Shown: positions 21,687 through 33,163 of the stretch, piece by piece
Numbering within the stretch: position 1 is the stretch's first letter
Layout of the letters: the number at the start of each line of letters is the position of its first letter
Source of the DNA: Heteronotia binoei
Lineage: Eukaryota
DNA: 64,000 nt
Direction of reading: 5' to 3'
Assembly: GCF_032191835.1 (NCBI RefSeq)
Contig: NC_083227.1
Coordinates: 27,714,001-27,778,000 of the forward strand
Position numbers and translations under genes: made by a program
Notes under the pieces: model-generated
What the model was told of the DNA's origin: nothing
The model's database searches: none
What the model saw: the letters and a program-made list of their open reading frames with translations, nothing else

Positions 21687-22912
21687 CTATGGAGTGTTAG
21701 ATTCACCGGTGTGGTATAGCCAGGAAGCTTTATTAGGCAGCAGAGTGCACAAGGCTTACACACAGCAGCAGCAGCTTCTCAGTACTGGGTGTGCCAGCAG
21801 TTACATGGAACCTTCTGTCAGTTTCAAGCTAATAAATCCTTTATCTAGAGAACTACATTCTAAATAGTGTAGGTTGAGAGACAGGGATAGGATCTAATCT
21901 AATTAGCTATGGTGGATTCAGATGCAAAAGGCATGCCCTACATCCGCGGTGCCAAAGATGGAGAGCATTCTTCTGCTTTGTGTGTGTAAGAGAGATGTGC
22001 TAAGCTGGAAGAAAGGAAAGCTTGTCGCCAATGTACCCTCTAAGCTGCAGCCTTGTAAGCAAAAATTCTACTTTGTGAGCTACTAGTATTAAAGTTGTGA
22101 ACTACTGTATAAATAATTGTCCTCTGGGGTCATCCTTCCTGAGCTAAGACAAGATTGTGTGATTTGGGGGCTACAAATCTGTGAGCTAGCTCACGCTAAT
22201 TCAGCTTAGCGGGAACACTGCTTGTCACTAAGAACAGGAAGTCTTGTCCCACTGAACAGCATTCTATTTCAAAGGGTAGTATCAGATTGCAGGAAGAAAA
22301 GGATGTTGTGTGTATCCCGACCCCTCTATTTGTCTCTAAACATCTGCTGCTGTCTCTAAAGTCTGAGGCAGGGAACACCACACAGTCCTCCATTTCCCAC
22401 CTGGAGAATGGTCCAAATATGTGCCAGAATTCAGCTGAATACCAGGAGGCAAGTAAATTGTGAATTGCAGTCTTATCAGTTTTTCAATTCAATTTTAATA
22501 TGGTCCATAAGCAGCACAAACAGTGCATTGCACTCACTGAAAACAAAGGATACAATGTTGGGCTGTAGAAGGCTTGACATGGAAGGGAAAATCAGTAGCA
22601 CTCTGCGGGGAGTTTCCCATCTGCAAGTACATTTCTGAGAAATTAAACCCCTGCAGCTATTTGGTGTCGTTATTGCCTCACCTACCCCTTGTAGGGAGAC
22701 TATGAATAACACACAATGTTACAGGGTCAGGTTTAGCACAAATCTCGAGAACTTCTTCCTTATTGGGTTCCTGGCTGTTTATAAAGGTTTGAGAACTCCC
22801 TGAGAAACAAAAGATTCTTAACTGATGAATCAGTAAATAATTTGGGGTTTCTGTGACTTATATGACATCTGTAAGGCTTGCTGAATTTCAGAAGCTCTTA
22901 GTCTGATCATTT

Positions 22913-23326
<414 letters not shown>

Positions 23327-24546
23327 TTACTCCCTTCTGTGAATTCTGTTGTGTGTATTAAAATCTGAACTGCTCCTAAAACCCTTTCCACATTCCATAC
23401 ATTTATATGGCCTCTCGCCTGTGTGGACTCTTTGATGTGTATTAAGGCTTGAGCTCTGATTGAAGCTTTTCCCGCAATCCAGGCATTTATATGGCTTCTC
23501 CCCTGTGTGGATTCTTTCATGTGTTGTAAGGCTTGTATTGATACGGAAGCTCTTTCCACACTCTAAGCATTTATACGGCTTTTCTCCTGTGTGGACACTT
23601 TGGTGTACCTTTAGGTGGGAGCTCTGACTGAAGCCTTTCCCACACTCCTGGCATTTAAAGGGTTTCTCTCCAGAATGCATTCTTCGGTGAGAAATAAGGT
23701 GTGGACTTTGAGAGAAGCATTTCCCACACACTGTGCACTCATAGGGTTTCTCCCCTGAGTGAGTTCTCTGATGTAAAGTGAGGGCTACCTTCCAACTGAA
23801 GGTCCTTCCACACTCCAGGCACTCATATGGCTTCTCCTTTGAGTGAAATTTCTGATGGGAAGTGAGGCACACGCTCCATCTGAAGGTCTTTCCACACTCC
23901 AGGCACTCATATGGTCTCTCCTTTGTGTGGACTCTCTGATGGGAAGTGAGGGCTGTGCTCCAGCGGAAGCTCTTTCCACATTCCAAACATTTATATTGTT
24001 TCTCCTCTGAATGGATTCTCTCATGCGAATTCAAACTGCTCTTATAACTGAACCTCTTGCCACACTCAGAACACTGGCACGGTTTTTGCACTGTGTGGGT
24101 TCTTTTATGGGAAGTAAGGTTTTCACTCAGACTAAAAAGTGTTTTGGACTCTGAACTCATGGAATGTTCTTCCCTCATATGGATTCTCTGGTGAGAAGTG
24201 AGGCTTGCAAACCTGCCAAAGCCCTTTCCACATTCAGAATACTTATACATTTCATCCCCTGTGTGGATTCTCTGATGGGAAGAAGAGCTGGATTCATAAC
24301 TCAAGACATCTCTGCTTTCAGAATGCTTATTCCTTCTCTTTCCTTTGCTGTATTTTTCTTGGGCTGGATTTTCAAGAATGCCAGCTTGGAAAACGACAGC
24401 GTGACTCCCTGAATTTTCTGCTTTGCTTTCTTCCTGCTTCTTTGACAGTTCTGGATTTCTGGAAGGCTTTTTCACCACAACATGGCTGGTCATTACAAAA
24501 GACACCACACAGCCCTCACTATAATTCTCCTCATCCTGGCTGTTAC
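23327..24546 (-). CDS. Gene 2 zinc-finger exon (9 intact fingers)
   Basis: ORF 23327-24508. Acceptor tttcaccag|GT at 24547/24546, phase 1 and in frame. Ends HRRE-TAA. Confidence 0.95.
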
Positions 24547-25180
24547 CTGGTGAAATGAAGATTTCTGGTTAGTAGGGGAAATAAGTCTATAATCTGCAGT
24601 TGTAACAGAGCAAAAATTTTTGGCAGAGATAAGAAATACTAAGTTCTTTTCTCCATTTTAGTTTAGTTTCTAAACTGGCAATGGGATACAGGCAACACTG
24701 GCACTCCTCATCAACGATTTTCATCTGGAATTCAATGCTTCCCTTTCACAGAGCAGCCGAAAAATACTTATACAGAAAGGAACAATATATGCTTAAACTA
24801 ATGGGTCCCACAAGTGGGTACATTTATTTTATTTTTAAAAAAAATATGAACCACTCACACAGTGAAAAAGAATGGTTTATCAGAGAGCAGAGTTCAGCAC
24901 CACAGAAGGAACCACACGCAGGGATGAGGGCAGAGTTCCATCGGGCCGGTGGTCATCTTTATAGCCCTCTATAGTTTGGGACCAACAGTCTTGAAGGGTT
25001 TCCACTGATTTATGAACCTACCTGACCACTATGGACATCTTTGAATGCTCTGCTTCAAGGGCCTCACTTGAGGCAGTGGAAACGCAGAAGGCCTTCTTAG
25101 TTATGGCACCAGAACTCTGGAGCCCTCGCCCCTGTTCCTCCTTGAAGCCATTCCCTCAGTGGTTTTTCCATCCCACCTAA

Positions 25181-25446
25181 TGTTTGGTATAGTGGTTAAG
25201 TGTGCAGACTCTTATCAGAGACAACCAGGTTTGATCCCCCACTCCACCACTTGCAGCTGCTGGAATGGTCTTGGGTCAGCCATAGCTCTTGTAGAGATGT
25301 CCTTGAAAGGGCAGCTTCTGGGAGAGCTCTCTCAGCCCCACCTACCTCACAGGGTGTTTGTTGTGGGGGAGGAAGATAAAGGAGATTGTGAGCCGCTCTG
25401 ACGCTCTCAAGAGTGGAGGGTAGGATATAAATCCAATACCATCATC
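25181..25446 (+). mobile_element. Squam3-like SINE in the KRAB-ZNF intron of gene 2
   Basis: Same consensus, plus orientation, (ATC)n tail. Confidence 0.82.
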
Positions 25447-25763
25447 GTTTCATATTTTAGCTTTGGTTTTAAATAGTGCTTTTCTTCATTTTAATGGTTT
25501 TTAAGGTGCAATTGTACTATATATTTTTTAATTTGATAGCTGCATTGGAGGCGTCTATGGAGTCAGAAAAGTGGGATATACAACTGTAGAATTAAATAAT
25601 CAGTAGCATTTATCTAATATCCACACAAAATCCTTGATCATACCAGCTTACACTATGATCTGCCTTGCATCTCATTGAGAAAGGCAAACTAGAAATAAAT
25701 TAAGAAGCAACGGTAGCAGAAACCACAGCTTCCACACCTATCAAGTAAGAGAAAAAACCTTAC

Positions 25764-25890
25764 CCAGAGAGGCCACAGTCCTGTAATTCTCCACCATGAC
25801 TTCTCTATACAAAACCCTCTGGTCAGGAGTCAGCAGCACCCACTCCGCTGTCGTGAAACGCACAGCCACCTCCTCGAAGGAAATTGGATG
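25764..25890 (-). CDS. Gene 2 KRAB-A exon
   Basis: 127 bp with canonical AG/GT. Translates [42 protein letters not shown]+G. Confidence 0.95.
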
Positions 25891-26544
25891 CTGAAAAAGA
25901 AGGAAGATGCTTTTTTCCCCTCATAATGTAGCTCACAGGTAAACCGCCCACTCCTGCCCAAAGATGCTTTTTCTCACAACACAGAAAAAAGAACACTGAA
26001 CCAGCCCACTCTCCTATCAAGGTCATTACTGTCCAGTCCAACCTGCAGAGGCTCAGGTTGGTATTGAACCAAGGGCCTTCCGCATGCCAAGCGGACACTC
26101 TACCTCTGAGCCTCTTCTCCAGCAACTGCAAAGATGAAAACAGGAACAATGCAAGATGCCATCTACCGAGTCAGACCCTTGCTGGACCCTCATAAATACA
26201 ATTACTAGTTTTTAAATCTGTTGATTGTTGGGCCATCAAGGTCACTACTATCGATTCTGACCACTACCAGCAGCTCTCCAGGATCTCAGGGGGGAGGTCT
26301 TTCACATTTCCTCCTACCTGATCCTGAATAGGCTCCAGTTATCAGAAAGCCACAGAACAGATTATCTTTCTCTCTTGATTCATGCATAATTAGGACCCTT
26401 TTCTCTGAGGAGAAATCTAAAGCAGCTTACAAAGAGAAAAAGGTCCCAAATCATAAGGACAAACAGGAATGGTTCCTTCCAGCCCTGCTGGAAGAAAAGG
26501 AGGCACCAAACATCTTTTCACACAGCTGGGGATCCATCCCTTAC

Positions 26545-26627
26545 CTGAGCGAGCTGCATCTTAAATGTTTCCACTCCACTCCAAAGAAAAGACATTCTGG
26601 AACCCGACTCTAATGCTCTTCCACTAC
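26545..26627 (-). CDS. Gene 2 linker/start exon
   Basis: 83 bp, open throughout in phase 1: (G)SGRALESGSRMSFLWSGVETFKMQLAQ. Conserved ATG at 26559 plus an upstream in-frame ATG. Predicted protein 453 aa from the conserved ATG. Confidence 0.8.
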
Positions 26628-26835
26628 CTGTAGGGAGATATATATATATATCTTCAGTGGTTTACTTCCTTCAGACCTCCTCTTTCTCCTCAAAGCGGAG
26701 CAAAAAGTGGTTTAAATGACTCTCTTCTCCTCCATTCTCTCCTCAGACAAAGGTAGGTAAGTCAGAGACCATACAACTAATCCAAAGCCAGCCAGGAACC
26801 TTTAGTGGCTGAGTGGACATTTGAACCTCCTAGAT

Positions 26836-27444
26836 CAGGGGTGTCAAACATGCAGTTTGGGGGCCAAATCAGGCCCCTGGAGGGCTACTATCAGGCCCCC
26901 GAGCAACTGGCTGTCATCTGCTTCCTTCTCCCTCTCTCTTGCTTCCTTCTGCATAACAGCTTGCTTTGCCAGGCTTGCTCAATTGCACAGGAGCTACAGA
27001 GCAAAACCTCTATTTTCTCCATTGGCTGAGGCTCCTCCCTTGGGGAGGAAGGGGAGAGGAATAGCTTGCTTTGCCAGGCTCTCTCAGTTGCACAGCAGAA
27101 CTACTGGGCCAAACCTCTCTTCCTGCTACTGACTGAGGCTTCCCACCCATCCCAGCCCGTGGGGAAGGAAGGAAAAAGCCAGAGCTTCCTTTGCCCAGTT
27201 CCCATGGGAGAAATACAAATAAAGCACCTTTAAGACCCATGAGTACTAATGTTTTAAGCATGTTTTAAGTTTTTAAAAATATATATGTGTTCTTTATAAA
27301 ATCTATATCTTTGCTACCTAATCTTAAATAGGTACCCACATGGCCCAGCCCGACATAGCTCAGTCCAACCCGACATGGCCCGGCCCCTCAAGGTCTCATT
27401 TATGTCAGATGTGGCCCTCATAACAAGCGAGTTCAACACCCCTG
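26836..27444. mobile_element. hAT-Charlie-type MITE
   Basis: TIRs CAGGGGTGTCAAAC/GTTCAACACCCCTG and TSD TCCTAGAT at 26828-26835 and 27445-27452. Empty site at ~45866 in gene 3. Confidence 0.9.
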
Positions 27445-27987
27445 TCCTAGATCCTAGCCAGAGACTCTGTCCATGAAACCACACTGGCTCTGAGGGCTCA
27501 GAGAAATTCTTAAAAGTTCCTTTGTTTTAAATGAGGAGGTATTTCCACTCTCCCTGTCTGCCTTCCCCCCCCCCCCCCCCACAACAGGGTACTTGTCAGC
27601 AGCTTCTGCTGTTCCCCTCATTTTATCCTCTGTAAAATAGGGTAAACTGAGTGTGCATAACCCGCTCAGCTTCCATGGTAGAGAGGGCATTAGAACCTCA
27701 GTCTCCCAGATCACCTCCCCAGGTTTTGACTTTCTCAGGGAGGGAGAGACTGAAGGGAGAGAGAGACACCCACATGCAGGACTTACTTTAAAAGTGAGGC
27801 CTACTCTGCACGTCTGATGGGCCCAGAATCTCACAGCACCGATAACTTCAGCTGGTGAATACCAAAACAACTCAATGCCAAAACAGTCCAGTATTTGACT
27901 CCCTCAGACATGTTTCTTGACACTAGGTCTCTGTCCAAAGCGGGGATGATTACATGGAAGCCATGCTGGGTCTCTGACTGCCAGAGA

Positions 27988-28140
27988 AGATGATGATGAT
28001 GATATTGGATTTATATCCCACCCTCCATTCCGAATCTCAGAGCGGCTCACAAGCTCCTTTATCTTCCTCCCCCACAACAGACACCCTGTGAGGCGGGTGG
28101 GGCTGAGAGGACTCTCACTCCCTTTCAAGGACAACTTCTG
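27988..28140 (-). mobile_element. Partial Squam3-like SINE
   Basis: 3' half of the SINE with (ATC)n tail, interrupting the paralog of the 6753-6947 block. Confidence 0.8.
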
Positions 28141-29520
28141 CCACTCTAACTTAATTTTACGATATTCTGTAATCTATTTACTCATTAACTGGACACTTTT
28201 GTACACATTACTTAATAAATCACCACTTTCCTTAATTTCCTGGAACTCAGTGCCTGGATAGGGGAAAAATAGTTCACTTTAGATTATCAAAAAAGATACA
28301 TACTATTAAGAAGATCTGCACTCATTTTATTTGCTGCTAACCTAATCTGTCGAGTTAGTTTTCCAAGTAAAAATATATTGTGCATAGTGTTCCCTCTAAG
28401 ATGAGTTTATGTGAGCTAGCTCAGTTTTTTAGCCTCTGGCTCACACATTTTTTGTCTTAGCTCAGCCTTCTAAGGAAAGATGGCCCCTGAGCACACTAAT
28501 TTAGGCAGTAGCTCACAACTTTAATGCCTGTAGCTTTGCAAAGTGTAATTTTTGCTGGCAACTTAGAGGGAACATTGAAGGCAGTCAAAAACCCCCACAC
28601 AATCCTTAATTGAATTGCACCTGTTTTTACTTACCCCCACCCAGTTTCTATTTCTCTCTTGTTTTAATTACTCCTCCCCCCAGAAACAACACACACACCC
28701 TTCGCCCCACCACACCCTGTCTCCAAATTGCACCTGAAAACTCTGTGCTTCCAACCAGACCTTCTAAACCAAACCTCTCCAAAGTTCCTGCACAAAGAGT
28801 TCTTCTGCACGTGGGAAACAGGGAAGCCGGAGGGTGCATTTGCAATTCATACCTCCAACCCCCCCTTCCTCTCTAGGGATTTCGATCTTGCTTTTTTTAA
28901 CCCTAGGAGCACCCAAAAGCTCAGTCTTTTACGGAGGATGAGCCAAATCAGGATTGAATCCTGGGCTGGGAAGCGGCTTTTTTGGAAGAGAGACCAGCAA
29001 GGAGGAGAGGGAGAAGAACCTAGGATTTTCCTAGGCAGGCTAGCAGCAGCAACCTCCCCACCACCCCTGCAAAATATGGCGGAAAATGCATTTGGGTGAA
29101 AAGGGATTTGCAATACCAGGAGTTGGAGGGGAACAGCAAGTGGGGGGGGGGAGGGGCGGGCAGAGCCCGAGTTTTATTTTTTTAGGGCTCCGAACAATCT
29201 TGCAACATGCGCTGCCCCCTTCCCGGCACATTCCTCCTCCCACACATACCATCTCAGGAGCCACGCAAAAAAGTTCACGCCGATTCTGAAATTACTCATC
29301 CACACACTGCATGGGTGGGAAATGCCTGCCTTTGCAAGATGGGTGTAATAACAACCACCCGGCTGAGATTCCACACGCTGGTTTGCTAACCACCTTGCAA
29401 CTGGCTTGGTCAATCAAAAAGGGATTCGCCTGTTAAATGCTCACTTACCAACGCAGTTGCAAACGTTGGACCCATTCACTTTAAAACGTTATTTCCCCAG
29501 CCTTTTTTCATTTCACTTAC

Positions 29521-29788
29521 TTCATTATGTTGGATAGATCCAGGTGGGCACCGGTCTGAAGCAGGAGAACAAAGCAGGAGTCCAGGGGCACCTTTCAGAC
29601 CAACAAAGTGGGAAAGCTGCAGCGCTGCAGTCCAAACTCTGCTCACGACCATGCAAGTTGCAGCCAGCGGATCCCGCCAGAGGAAGCAGCCGCGTTTGCC
29701 CAGCAGCCTTTTGGAGCTTTGCTTTTCCTTTCACAAGAAGTATCCCCTCCCGCCTGCCCATGCGCAAGGAACTCTGGGACTTGTAGTT
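29521..29788 (-). promoter_or_regulatory. Gene 2 putative promoter and non-coding first exon
   Basis: Donor |gtaagtga at 29521/29520. AACTACAAGTCCCAG at 29774-29788 next to an NRF1-like GCCCATGCGCA. Confidence 0.65.
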
Positions 29789-29847
29789 CCATGACTTCAT
29801 TGTGTCATGTCGCCTCTTTCTTTGGCCTCACTCAGGGGTCCGTTCCC

Positions 29848-30120
29848 AGCCAGTGTGGTGTAGTGGTTAAGTGTGCGGACTCTTATCTGGGAGAACTGGG
29901 TTTGATTCCCCACTCCTCCACTTATGCTGCTGGAATGCTGGGTCAGCCATAGCTCTGGCAGGGGTTGTCCTTGAAAGGACAGCTGCTGTGAGAGTCCTCT
30001 CAGCCCCACCCACCTCACAGGGTGTCTGTTGTGGGGGAGGAAGGGAAAGGAGATTGTGAGCTGCTCTGAGACTTTTGAGTCGAGGGCGGAATATAAATCC
30101 AATGTCATCGTCGTCTTCTT
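29848..30120 (+). mobile_element. Squam3-like SINE immediately upstream of the gene 2 promoter
   Basis: Same consensus, plus orientation. Confidence 0.85.
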
Positions 30121-30658
30121 CCATTCAGCTGGCTCAAAACATCAGCTGTTTATTTTGCAAGAAGACAACTTCAAAAACCGACAACTTCAGCCAACATACA
30201 AAACTGAAACTAGAGCTCCTCCCCATGAGATCAAATCAAACCACACAAATACCAGAGGAGGAGCAGATTGTTCCATTACATGCAACCAATGTTCCCTCTA
30301 AGTGGCAGTCTTGTGAGCAAAAAAATCTACTTTGTGAGCTACTGGTGTTAAAGTTTTGAGCTGCTGTTTAAATTATTGTGTTCTAGGGTCATCCTTCCTG
30401 AGTTAAGACAAAAATGTGTGAACTAGCTCACACTAACTCAGCTTAGAGGGAACACTGCATTCAACAGGTATACAGTAAATATACCACAGTGTAGAATGGT
30501 AGATTGGAATGTATTTCTCTGGCCTGGGGACAGGGGAGCTAACTCTACACAGCCAATCACCCCACTTCAAAAAAGGTGGCCTCCACATGCGAGAGACAGA
30601 CAGAGCGTAGTGGCAGGATCTCAGTTAATCTCAGTATTCCATAATTAAGGAAACATGC

Positions 30659-30829
30659 CAGGGGTGGAATTCTAGCAGGAGCTCCTTTACATATTACGCC
30701 ACAAACCCCTGATGTAGCCAATACTCCAAGAGCTTACAAGGCTCTTTTTTGTAAGCTCTTGGATGATTGGCTACATCAGGGGTATGTGGCCTAATATGCA
30801 AAGGAGTTCCTGCTAGAATTCCACCCCTG
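30659..30829. mobile_element. Palindromic MITE (~170 bp)
   Basis: CAGGGGTGGAATTCTAGCAGG...CCTGCTAGAATTCCACCCCTG, self-complementary along almost its whole length. A related piece is at ~60625-60820. Confidence 0.85.
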
Positions 30830-31446
30830 GAAACACCTACCCATCAACCACCAAATGTCGATATATTTTCTTCACTGTATTTTATCCCAGACTTAAATCC
30901 AAACAAATGGTAACCATATAAACTAAGCTTATTATTCCTGTTTAGTTCTAGAATGTTCAACATCTTCATTACGCTGCATGCTAATCTGCTCATCCTCTAC
31001 TTTCATTGTGTGTGTGCAGATGAAAGTTTATCCCTTGGATAAAATTTTGCTGTTCTTAAAGGTGCCCCTGGACTCCAACTTTGTTCCGCTGCTTCAGACT
31101 CACAGTTACCCACCTGAACCTGTTTGATATTGTCTATCTAAAGGGGGGAAAGCAGGGCTTTCTTTGTGGTGAGCCTTTTGAGAAGGTTCTCCTAAGTCCT
31201 GAGTGGAGCTGGTAGAAATCAGAGCAACCTTATATACAGGGGAATTTCTGGATGCATACCTGGGGATTTTGGGGTGCAGTCTGAGGTTTGGGAAGGGGAG
31301 AGACTTCAATGGGAAATAACGCCATAGTGTCCACCTTCTGAAGTGGCCATTTTCTCCCATTGACCTGATCTCAGCCACCTGGAGATGAGCTGTAACTAAT
31401 CCCAGGAGATCTCCAGCCACCACCTGGAGGCTTACATATGATCATT

Positions 31447-31728
31447 GGAGAGTTCGGTGTAGTGGTTAAGTGTGCGGACTCTTATCTGCGAGAACCGGGT
31501 TTGATTCCCCACTCCTCCACTTGCACCTGCTAGCATGGCCTTGGGTCAGCCATAGCTCTGGCAGAGGTTGTCCTTGAAAGGGCAGCTGCTGTGAGAGCCC
31601 TCTCCAGCCCCACCCACCTCACAGGGTGTCTGTTGTGGGGGAGGAAGGTAAAGAAGATTGTAAGCCGCTCTGAGACTCTTCGGAGTGGTGGATGGGATAT
31701 AAATCCAATATCATCATCATCTTCTTCA
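31447..31728 (+). mobile_element. Squam3-like SINE
   Basis: Same consensus. Confidence 0.85.
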
Positions 31729-32095
31729 TTGTCACTGACTTTTTAAACAGCAACAAAAACACTGGGGAACACAAACCTCCCTGTTCTTTAGATGCATTCA
31801 AGACTTTCATTTAACTACGCTTCCTCCTCTATTTTGCTAGATGATTTCTGGTTATTTAAAAAACTAACACTGCAAAAATGAAATGTGTTGGTTTTTTCTT
31901 GTTCAAACCATCTGTGACTTTTGAAAATTCTTCCTTTCTTTGCTGTCCCTTGCCAAACCGTATTTACGATGTACCAAACCTGCACTCAAAATTTATATTA
32001 CTCCCTCAACGCTTCCGTCATCCCATTTCTTCCTTTCCGTGCTATTTCAATCTTATATAAAATCACCTTTCTACTGAAGCAACTCATAAGGTATC

Positions 32096-32969
32096 TGTGG
32101 CGGAACCGGCCCGATTCTGACTTCAGACCCGGTCCCGTCAGCTCCCTATTGAGTCGCCAACTCCTGGAGGGAGCTATTCCTCCTCCTCCCCTTGGGCTCG
32201 CTGCCACCACCTGCTCAGTCCCGGGGTTCAGATTGAGAGGAACAGGACTCCCAATCCCCCTCTCCTGCTATGAGGCTAGGCCTCAAGGTCCTCTGCCACC
32301 CTGCACTTGGGTTTCACAGAGACCTCAGCGCTTCTTTGGGGCACCCCTGGAGGATTGGCACCTTATCCAACTGCATGCCTTCCCCCTTCCCCGGGGCCCC
32401 CTTCTCAAAACAGCGTGGTCTAAAGCGGTCTGGGGATCTAGGTGGTACAGAGATTGATTGCCAGCATTTAAACAGTAAAAATATATTTATTTAAAAAGAG
32501 AAAAAGATAGGAAAAGGAAAACAAACCAAAAACAGTTGCCTTTAAAAAGTTAACACAGCCTAGTACAGCACAACACAGCTCAGCAAACAGCATAACAAAA
32601 TAAAGGTGGTTTTTAAACGCATCGTATTGTCCCTGGTCTATACTTGATCTGCCTAAGAGAATGACTTACTTTGTCTTACTGCCTGGAGGCCTCATTTTCC
32701 TGAGCAGGCCCCCCACAGGCCGGAGCTCAGAGGCAAGCAGCCTCTCTTCCCGAGCCTCTGCTGCAAACTGAGAAACTCTTCCTGCCTAGCACATGGCAAG
32801 AACAACAGCCCTTCCTGCCTCTCTAGGAGACTTTCCCCCTAGCGTTGTTGGTTTGGCTCAGGAAGGGAGGGGGGGAGTGAGGGGAAGGCTACAAAGCCTG
32901 CTGAATGGATTTACTGATCCCTGCCTTTTTGGATGAAGCACCAACACTCTCAGATGGCGTTTCTCCACA
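32096..32969 (-). repeat. 3' LTR (874 bp)
   Basis: Direct repeat of 35611-36483, preceded on the minus strand by the PPT AAGGAGGGGGAAG. Confidence 0.97.
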
Positions 32970-33163
32970 CTTCCCCCTCCTTAAATTCTGAGCCAGAGGG
33001 GTTGCCTCCTACAGAGGTGACCCCGTAGCAGAATCCAAACAAACAAGGAGAAACCCATTAACCAAAACATTACACAAACATTCAGGTATTTCTCCAATAA
33101 TACACAAAGTCCAGCACCCTAGGTGCCCATGTCCTTTCTGGCCAACAAGTCGCATTGCTGCAT

